Below, in pieces: positions 18,500 through 25,723 of a DNA stretch of 64,000 bases. The notes beneath the pieces are model-generated. The model made no database searches. It was not told where the DNA came from and saw only the letters and a program-made list of their open reading frames with translations. The DNA comes from an uncultured bacterium. Lineage in GTDB: Bacteria > Krumholzibacteriota > Krumholzibacteriia > LZORAL124-64-63. The stretch covers positions 17,933-81,932 of the forward strand of contig CALEMW010000069.1 in assembly GCA_937910695.1 (NCBI GenBank), given 5' to 3'. Numbering within the stretch: the stretch's first letter is position 1; each line of letters opens with the position of its first letter. A program made the translations under genes and the position numbers.

Positions 18500-19504
18500 A
18501 TGACAACGTTCCGCCCCGGCCTCCCGGCAGCGGCGGTGCATGATCATCTGCAAGCTTCCCTGCAGCAGATGCTGAGCGCCGAACAGGCCGCCGTTCTCTG
18601 GTTCGCCGACATCCTCGAACGCCGGCTCTATCGCGATCTCGGTTTCGGGACGATGATCCTCTACGCTCAAAACGCTCTCGGCTTCTCGCGCAGCAAAGCC
18701 TATGAATTCCTGCGTATGGCCCGGGAACTCGAGCGGCTGCCGCGAACGCGGAAGGCGGTCGAATCAGGGAACCTCTCCTGGACCAAGGCGCGGGAAGTCA
18801 CGAGCGTGGCCACCCCGGCCACCGAGAGTGCTTGGCTCGATGTGGCGAACACGTCGAGTCAGCGTGCATTGAAGACGTCGGTGAAGCAGACGAAAAATCG
18901 CCGCGCCGCCGCTGCTTGCGGACAAGCCGAGCTCGTGCCTGTCGAGCCTCTTCCCCCCGCCGAACCCCGAGTCTCGACGACATTGTCCCTGACCGCGACC
19001 CAGCGTGAGCGACTCGATACTCTCCTCGAAACACTGCGAAAGAACGGCGAAACCGGCTCCCGGGAAGATCTGCTGCTCCAGGGCCTGGAACTCCTCGCCG
19101 GTGATAAGTCCAGACGTCTGGACTCGGGGCCGGCTCAGCTGATCGTCATCGAGGAATGTCCGAAGTGCGGCGCGGCCGCGACGGGTGGCCGTCCCCTCGA
19201 TCCCGCCGATCTGGAAGCCGCCCGCTGCGACTCCGTCCTTCAGCAGGAAGGCCGCAACCGCGCCGTCATCCCCCCGTCGCAACGGCGCCGGGTCCTGGCC
19301 CGCGACCACCATGCGTGCACAACGGCCGGGTGTATGTCGCGGCGGTTTCTTCAGATCCATCACATCGTGCCGCGATCTGCAGGCGGCGCCAATACCATCG
19401 ACAATCTCACGACGCTCTGCAGTTCCTGTCATCAATCAGCCCATAAGAGAACCCGGCCGTCGAGCCCGCTGAGACTCGACGGCCGGGTGAAGTCTCCCCC
19501 ATAG
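18500..19504 (+). CDS. HNH endonuclease with DUF222-like N-terminal region
   Basis: VLARDHHAC..GC...LQIHHIVPRSAGGANTIDNLTTLCSSCH; internal CPKC; N-terminal LYRDLGF...GNLSWTKAREV. Confidence 0.88.
   Translation: MTTFRPGLPAAAVHDHLQASLQQMLSAEQAAVLWFADILERRLYRDLGFGTMILYAQNALGFSRSKAYEFLRMARELERLPRTRKAVESGNLSWTKAREVTSVATPATESAWLDVANTSSQRALKTSVKQTKNRRAAAACGQAELVPVEPLPPAEPRVSTTLSLTATQRERLDTLLETLRKNGETGSREDLLLQGLELLAGDKSRRLDSGPAQLIVIEECPKCGAAATGGRPLDPADLEAARCDSVLQQEGRNRAVIPPSQRRRVLARDHHACTTAGCMSRRFLQIHHIVPRSAGGANTIDNLTTLCSSCHQSAHKRTRPSSPLRLDGRVKSPP
19451..19488. terminator. 14-bp-stem hairpin between convergent genes
   Basis: ACCCGGCCGTCGAG-N10-CTCGACGGCCGGGT, in the last codons of the HNH gene and just downstream of the cytochrome gene stop. 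Confidence 0.55.
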
Positions 19505-19512
19505 GAGATCGC

Positions 19513-22149
19513 CTACTTGATCAGCACCAATTTCGACGTCTCCCGCACGTCCCCCGCACGGAACACGGCGAAGTACACACCGGCGCCGAGTGCGCGGCCA
19601 CGGCCGTCGCGGCCGTCCCACATGGCGTGGTGTTCGCCCGCCGTCCGTACGCCGTCGACAAGGCGGCGCACGAGGCGACCTCGCTGGTCATGGATGTCGA
19701 TGGAGACCGGACCGTCCTTGGCCACGCTGTAACTCAGCTTGGTGGCCGGGTTGAATGGGTTCGGCGCCGCGCCGTGGAGGCGGTTCTCGAAGACCGGCAC
19801 ATCGTCGCTGCCGGTCAGGGTGATGACGAGTGACCCCGTTTCCATCAGCTGCGGCGGTGCCATACCCTGGGCGACCCAGGCGTCGTGCAGGTCCTGGCCG
19901 TAGGTGTTCGTGGTGTTTTCGTCGCGCAGGAACTCGATGTACTCCTTGCTGATCGACTGGTAGTACAGACTCACTTCGACGCTGGCCGTCGCAACGGGAA
20001 GCGTGTAGTGGGTGTCGTCCCAGTACTGACCATCGGCATAGGTATAGCCCACCGGAGGTGATTGGACAGTCTCGAAGGCAGCATTGGTGAAGCCGCGGGG
20101 CGGAATCCGGTTGTCCAGGAACACCGTGTCGTTCAGCACGAAGTGGAACGAGGGACCGTCGGGAATGCCGAGCAGGGCGCCGAGGCGCGTCGAGGTGCCG
20201 GGCTCGATGTGGTAGATCTTCGCATCGGCGTCGTGGGCGAGATCGGCGGTGACCGCATCGTAGGCCCCAGACTCGTAGATCAAAGCCGAGCCGACATCGA
20301 AAGCCTTCACGTTGATCCAGATGCGGCGGCCTTCGGGATACCCCGAGGGCAGCTTGTGCCCCGTCTCGTTGACCACGCGCACATTGATGCCCGGGAATCC
20401 GCCCTGGGCGGCTTCGGTGATTTCGAGGGTGGCGGCCTTCTGGAGCATGGCCGACACGCGGGTCTTGGCCGAGGCAAGGGCGGCGGGATCCACGGCGCCC
20501 GGGAAGAAGTCGAGAATGATGTCCGGCACGAAGTGGTTGCCGCCCGTCAGGTCGTGGACGGCGAGATCGCTGCGGATGGGGCCGGCGGCGGCGCCGCGAC
20601 CGCTGGCGTCGGCCATGTGGCAGTCCTGGCAGGTGCCCACCACGCCGTCGGGCTTGGTGCCCGCGAACTCGGGAGCGTAGACACCGGTCAGGGCGTACTC
20701 GCTCACGCTCCACTCGCTGAAGGTGCGTTCGACGGGGAACATGTTGCGCTTATCGCCGTCGGCATGGGGCGTATCGAGGGGATCGACCACATAAAGACCC
20801 GGCGAACCGCCATAGGCGAAGGCCGGATTGCTCACATCGTGACAGGTGCCGCAGATATCGCCGCGGCGGTGAAAGTCCGATTCGTAGAACTGATGGTCGG
20901 CCTGGGCGTCGGCATAGGGGCCGCGCATGATCGGGTCGGGGTCGGTGACGAACTGGCCGTTGCCGTACCCCAGCGGGATCGCGTCGAGGTCGTTCAGAAT
21001 CGTCTCATCCGAGGCCGGGCTCACGCCGACCTGGTAGATCGGATCGACGGCGCGGTGACAATAGTCGCACTGCACGCCGAAGCGGTCCGTCTCGGTCAGC
21101 AGACCGCCGGTCGTGTCGAGGGAGCGTCCCTCCTGCCAGCCGCCCGGCGTGTGGCAACGCAGGCAGAGATCGCCGCTTGAGGGCGCATCCTGCTCGGCGA
21201 TGATCATCGTGGCGATGAAGACGGGGTCCCGCATGGTGTTGCCCATCATGCTGCCCGACCAGTTGTACCAGGGCTCGGTGGCCGCGGCGTAGTCGCCGTG
21301 GCAGCTGCGGCACACCAGGTCCGGGTTGTCGAGGACACCGGAGCCGAAGGGTTGTGTGCCTGCGAGTTCGAAGTCGCGCAGGGTGGTGGGCGCCGTGCCC
21401 GCACCCCAGGCCGCGATGGTCACGTCGGCGTCGCTCATGTCTTCGCCCGTGTTGCCCACGAGATCGTAGGCCTCCACGATGATGCGGTTGTTCGCCCCGG
21501 GCAGGATGGGCAGGAAGATGTCCACGGTGCCGTCGTTGAGCAGGCCTTTGGCGATGGGCTTGCGCGAGGTTCCGCCGTCGTCGCTGAGATAGATGTCGAT
21601 GTCGGCGACGCCGTTGTCGTCGGTGGCGGTCCAGGTGATGGTCATCAAAGTGTTCGGCATGAGGGTCTCGCCGCCGTTGGGAGAGAGCACCGTGACCACG
21701 GGCGGCGTGGTGTCGCTCGATCCGGTCGGGGTGAGGTACGGTTGCACCTCGAGGGGATCGACATTGATGATCGACCCATAGTTGGACAGCTTCAGGCCCG
21801 GGAATGTGGGCGTGTTGGAGAAGCCGGCAATGTCGGTGATTTCCTGGAGATTGCTGAAACCGTCTCCGTCCGCATCCAGAGTTTCGACGGCGAGGATGGC
21901 CTGTTCATTGGTCAAGCCTCCTTGAATACCGACTTCGATCGAGAGTCCGAAGGGGTTCCGTGGCCCGCCCCCGTCGAAGTCGAAGTGGCATACGCCGCAA
22001 TGATTGGGATTGCTTGGCAGGGAGCTGATCTGTGTGCCGTCGGCTTGTGGATACAATGAGAAGAATGTGCGCCGGATGGGATTTCGAGCCAGAGCAGCTT
22101 GGGCGAGCAACAGAACGATGATCAGCAGGACGGGCGAGCGCCTGGACAT
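19513..22149 (-). CDS. Secreted multiheme (6 CxxCH) c-type cytochrome with Ig-like domain and FlgD-Ig/T9SS-like C-terminal domain
   Basis: Signal peptide; CGVCH, CRSCH, CLRCH, CDYCH, CGTCH, CQDCH; GHKLPSGYPEGRR; tail PNPFNPAT...WDGRD...GVYF...KLVLIK. Confidence 0.9.
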   Translation of the reverse strand: MSRRSPVLLIIVLLLAQAALARNPIRRTFFSLYPQADGTQISSLPSNPNHCGVCHFDFDGGGPRNPFGLSIEVGIQGGLTNEQAILAVETLDADGDGFSNLQEITDIAGFSNTPTFPGLKLSNYGSIINVDPLEVQPYLTPTGSSDTTPPVVTVLSPNGGETLMPNTLMTITWTATDDNGVADIDIYLSDDGGTSRKPIAKGLLNDGTVDIFLPILPGANNRIIVEAYDLVGNTGEDMSDADVTIAAWGAGTAPTTLRDFELAGTQPFGSGVLDNPDLVCRSCHGDYAAATEPWYNWSGSMMGNTMRDPVFIATMIIAEQDAPSSGDLCLRCHTPGGWQEGRSLDTTGGLLTETDRFGVQCDYCHRAVDPIYQVGVSPASDETILNDLDAIPLGYGNGQFVTDPDPIMRGPYADAQADHQFYESDFHRRGDICGTCHDVSNPAFAYGGSPGLYVVDPLDTPHADGDKRNMFPVERTFSEWSVSEYALTGVYAPEFAGTKPDGVVGTCQDCHMADASGRGAAAGPIRSDLAVHDLTGGNHFVPDIILDFFPGAVDPAALASAKTRVSAMLQKAATLEITEAAQGGFPGINVRVVNETGHKLPSGYPEGRRIWINVKAFDVGSALIYESGAYDAVTADLAHDADAKIYHIEPGTSTRLGALLGIPDGPSFHFVLNDTVFLDNRIPPRGFTNAAFETVQSPPVGYTYADGQYWDDTHYTLPVATASVEVSLYYQSISKEYIEFLRDENTTNTYGQDLHDAWVAQGMAPPQLMETGSLVITLTGSDDVPVFENRLHGAAPNPFNPATKLSYSVAKDGPVSIDIHDQRGRLVRRLVDGVRTAGEHHAMWDGRDGRGRALGAGVYFAVFRAGDVRETSKLVLIK

Positions 22150-22375
22150 GACTCAACCTCCACGGTGTTGAGAGAGGCGCCGCTTCCCCGATACCGACAA
22201 CTCTCTTGATTTCGAGCTTGCAAGATCATGACGGAAATAATCGTGAATTTCCAGTGCTTGTTTATTTAATATCATACCCTAGTGGCTTAGTGGGGTTTTG
22301 AGACTCTGGACCTGGAGCGTCCCGGGGCGCATGATGAGGAGGGAATCGAACATCCTTCATGATCCGGGAGCCCCC

Positions 22376-22801
22376 ATGATCCGCCTGATCGCCGTCGGCA
22401 AGATGAAGGACCGCCACTACGCCGCTCTCGTGGAGCAATACGTGAAGCGGATCCGTCCCTGGGCCGGTCTCGAAATCGTCGAAATCAAGGACCAGGGGCC
22501 TGAACGCGAAGCGCAGGTCATGATCGAGCGGATCGGTCCGAGCGAGCACGTCGTGGCTATGGACGAACGCGGAGAAACTTTGACGTCGCGTGAACTGGGA
22601 GGTTTGCTGGCGATCTTCGGTTCGCCGACCTTCCTGATCGGCGGCCCGGACGGGCTGGGAGACAAGGTCCGCAGGCGGGCCGACCTCACCCTTTCGCTCT
22701 CGACCATGACCTTCCCCCACGAGCTGGCCCGCCTGATGCTCGTGGAGCAGATCTACCGCGGCCTGGCCATCAACCGCGGTCATGCCTATCACCGGGACTG
22801 A
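22376..22801 (+). CDS. rlmH: 23S rRNA (pseudouridine-1915-N3)-methyltransferase
   Basis: IAVGK, MDERG, FLIGGPDG, TFPHELARLMLVEQIYR and terminal YHRD. Confidence 0.95.
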   Translation: MIRLIAVGKMKDRHYAALVEQYVKRIRPWAGLEIVEIKDQGPEREAQVMIERIGPSEHVVAMDERGETLTSRELGGLLAIFGSPTFLIGGPDGLGDKVRRRADLTLSLSTMTFPHELARLMLVEQIYRGLAINRGHAYHRD

Positions 22802-22931
22802 GGGAACGTCGATGAAACATCGGAGTTCACCTGCGGTCCCCTCTTGGCGCGCCCGCTACCGTTCCCTATACTGGGCCCGTCCGCGGCCGGACGATCCGAC
22901 CGCCGTCGATCCGACCAACCAGAGGAACCCG

Positions 22932-23675
22932 ATGAACCGACCCAAGCTTCCGGGCACCTGCCTCACGGCGATCGTCCTCGCCGCGACGATCTTCGTCGCC
23001 GATCCGTCTGCGGCCGCCACCCTGCATCTCACCGGGCCCGACGGAGCCGTTGTGATCCTGGACGGCACCGTACTGGAAGCCCTGCCTCTGAGAGAACCCC
23101 TCACCGTAGGAATGGGCGAGCATAGGATCTCCTCCTCGCTGACCGGGGCCCAACCAGTCGACCAGACCCTGCTGGTCACCAGCGAACATCAGATCGTGCA
23201 CCTGCAGCTGCGCTTCGTTCCCCTGAACAGAATCAGCGCCGTAACTACGAGTCTGATGCTTGCCGGCTCCGGACAACGGTACGAAGGCCGACCACGTCTG
23301 GGCGCGGCCCTCACGGGCCTGGAGGCTCTCGGCCTGCTGACCGCGCTGATGTCGGAACTCCAGGTGAGAAACTTCAGGGACGACTACCTGCTCGCCTTCG
23401 AGTCCTATCAGAACGCCGTGTCGTCGGCGGACATTACAAGATGGCGCTCCGCCGCCACCACCAGCCACGACGACATGAACAGCGCCGCCGACCGGCGCGA
23501 CCTGGGCATCGCCGTGGCCGCCGGCGCGGTGATCGTGAGCGCCCTGGACGCCTGGTTCCGCTTCCCCGCCCTGGACGCCGGCGTGGACCTGACGACAACC
23601 GGCCCGTTCGAGACCGCCCTGGCTCCCGCCGGGATCTCGCCCCGCGCCCATGTCACCCTCACCCTGAACTTCTGA
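22932..23675 (+). CDS. Exported PEGA-like domain protein with C-terminal hydrophobic segments
   Basis: GAGG RBS, signal peptide, P.GAVVILDG...GEHRI (PEGA-like), GSGQRY motif. Confidence 0.55.
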   Translation: MNRPKLPGTCLTAIVLAATIFVADPSAAATLHLTGPDGAVVILDGTVLEALPLREPLTVGMGEHRISSSLTGAQPVDQTLLVTSEHQIVHLQLRFVPLNRISAVTTSLMLAGSGQRYEGRPRLGAALTGLEALGLLTALMSELQVRNFRDDYLLAFESYQNAVSSADITRWRSAATTSHDDMNSAADRRDLGIAVAAGAVIVSALDAWFRFPALDAGVDLTTTGPFETALAPAGISPRAHVTLTLNF

Positions 23676-23688
23676 GAGGAGGGCGACG

Positions 23689-25185
23689 ATGCACCGTTCC
23701 GACCTACGCCTGATTCCCGCCGTCGTCCTGTTGGCGACCCTGATCGCGGCGATGTTCCTGGGCTGCACCGAAACGCCTACCGAAGCCGAGTACAACAATC
23801 CCCTCGATCCGGGTGGCCCCTTCGGTGGCGACCCCTTCAGCCTGCAGGCCAACCTTTCCGGCAATGCGGTCTTCCTGACCTGGACGGGGCTCAACCTCGG
23901 CGACCTGGCCGGATACCGGGTGGAACGCAGGTCGGGCAACGAGACGGTCTTCATCGAAATCGTCGAGCTCGGACCTGCTTTCACGGTCTACCAGGACTCG
24001 ACCTACGCTCCCAACGCAGCCAACTCGTATCGGGTCCTTGCCCTGAATGCAGCGGGCAATTCCAACGCCACCTCGGCGATCACGCCCGCAACGATCGTGG
24101 CGCCGGCCCTCGTCGATCTGGGCGGATACGAAACTTCGGCCACCCGACTCGTCGACATCCTGGTCCGCGCTTCGATAGGTGAAAGCGTCGAAGTGGACGA
24201 CGATCCGGATTTCGCTTCCGCGTCCGTCTTCCCCCTCGACGAGGTGGGTGTAGCCTCTTTCAGCTGGGACCTGGGCACAGCTGCGGCCAACGGAGAGAAG
24301 AAGTACATCCACACGCGTGTTTTCACCGCCGGCGTACCCTCTCCCTCGCGCATCGATTCTCTGACTGTGGATTTCTCGCCGGTCCTTATCTTCGTCGGCA
24401 ACCCTGCGACGCTGGCCAGCCGGACAACGCCGCTGGCGATCAGCGGTGGCGGCATGACCCGCATGCGCTTCGCCGTCGACCGCGCCGGGCTCGAAGCGGA
24501 GCCCTGGCTCGACGCCGCTGACTCCTTCGATGGATGGGAACTCACGGCTGCCGCGGATTCGCAACTTGTGTTCGGCGAGTTCGACGGGGAATTCGGCTTC
24601 ACGTTCGTGGACAGCGCCTGGGCGGCCCCGGACAGTCTGGTGGGTCTGACTCTCATATTGAACGGCGGCAGCGAATCGGTGATCGGCGACAGCCTCCCGG
24701 TGTACATCAACGCCGTCGCCACCCAGTTCCGCGCCGCCCAGAGCGAAGATGCCTTGGCCGTCACGCCCTGGGAACCCTACGACGGCCCGTCCGACTTCGT
24801 GCACGACGGCTGCGGATCAGCTTTAGAGAAGACCGTCTACGCCCAGGTCCGCAACGACTGGTTCACCTCGGCACCCTTGAGCGGCACCGTCATCTGGCAG
24901 CCGGACGAGGTGCTGGGAGCCACCTTCACCGGACCTGAGAGCGTGACCGCCGGTGCGGCGGTAACACTGAGCGGCACAGCAGTGCAAGGCACCTGCAACT
25001 CAACTGTCGATATGGTGAATGTGGATGTGGGGGACGGCTGGGTCGCCGCATCCGGTACCCTCGCCTGGAGTCTGGCGTGGACAGCACCGACCGAGGCAGG
25101 AGAAGTAGAAATCCAAGTCCAGGTCGTCGCCGGCGCCGATGTATCGCTGATCCAGACCTTCCATATCGTCGTCGTTGCACCCTGA
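23689..25185 (+). CDS. Lipoprotein with fibronectin type III/Ig-like domains
   Basis: Lipobox FLGC; NPLDP; LTW...GYRVER...YRVLALN FN3 pattern. Confidence 0.7.
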   Translation: MHRSDLRLIPAVVLLATLIAAMFLGCTETPTEAEYNNPLDPGGPFGGDPFSLQANLSGNAVFLTWTGLNLGDLAGYRVERRSGNETVFIEIVELGPAFTVYQDSTYAPNAANSYRVLALNAAGNSNATSAITPATIVAPALVDLGGYETSATRLVDILVRASIGESVEVDDDPDFASASVFPLDEVGVASFSWDLGTAAANGEKKYIHTRVFTAGVPSPSRIDSLTVDFSPVLIFVGNPATLASRTTPLAISGGGMTRMRFAVDRAGLEAEPWLDAADSFDGWELTAAADSQLVFGEFDGEFGFTFVDSAWAAPDSLVGLTLILNGGSESVIGDSLPVYINAVATQFRAAQSEDALAVTPWEPYDGPSDFVHDGCGSALEKTVYAQVRNDWFTSAPLSGTVIWQPDEVLGATFTGPESVTAGAAVTLSGTAVQGTCNSTVDMVNVDVGDGWVAASGTLAWSLAWTAPTEAGEVEIQVQVVAGADVSLIQTFHIVVVAP

Positions 25186-25233
25186 CGTTGACCCACTGGC
25201 CCGTCGCGACCGAGCGGCGGGCCGATTTGTCCT

Positions 25234-25578
25234 TCAGATCCGCATCACGCGCTCCGCCGAGTTCATCAGCGACAGGATCTCCACCATCGTACTCACGCGC
25301 CCAACCGTCAGTTCGCTCTTCTTTTCGAACCAGTCGAGACAAGTCCCGCAACACAGCAGTTCCACACCCGCCGCGGAAAGACCCCGCAAATCAGCCAGTG
25401 CATGGGACCCCTCGCAACACAGCAGCACACCCGCATTCATGAACATCACATGAGACGGCAACCCACCCTCCATCTTCCCCAGATTCTTCATCGCCGCCAA
25501 CATCAACGCCCGCCCCAACTCGTCGTCTCCCCGCCCCAACCGATCCCCCCCCACAAACACCACCGTCTTCACACTCAT
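25234..25578 (-). CDS. DsrE-fold sulfurtransferase-like selenium metabolism protein (YedF-like)
   Basis: LGRGDDELG..LM, FMNAGV and CCGTCLD.F...VGRVSTM.EI motifs; ATG at 25578. Confidence 0.82.
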   Translation of the reverse strand: MSVKTVVFVGGDRLGRGDDELGRALMLAAMKNLGKMEGGLPSHVMFMNAGVLLCCEGSHALADLRGLSAAGVELLCCGTCLDWFEKKSELTVGRVSTMVEILSLMNSAERVMRI

Positions 25579-25608
25579 CCCCCCTCCCCACTCACCCACC
25601 CTGAACGA

Positions 25609-25632
25609 GGCCCCGGGCCCAAGCCCGGGGCC
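25609..25632. repeat. GC-rich hairpin, 10-bp stem
   Basis: GGCCCCGGGC-CCAA-GCCCGGGGCC. Confidence 0.7.
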
Positions 25633-25656
25633 AAAGTTGCCCCCCCCATCCCTCAA

Positions 25657-25722
25657 GGAAATCGGAAGGGCCGTCAGAATCGATGTCAGGCTGTTTCGAT
25701 TCTGACGGCCCTTCCGATTTCC
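25657..25722. repeat. Perfect 27-bp inverted repeat with a 12-nt loop (REP/MITE-like or mRNA-stabilising hairpin)
   Basis: GGAAATCGGAAGGGCCGTCAGAATCGA (25657-83) and TCGATTCTGACGGCCCTTCCGATTTCC (25696-722). Confidence 0.9.
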
Positions 25723-25723
25723 G

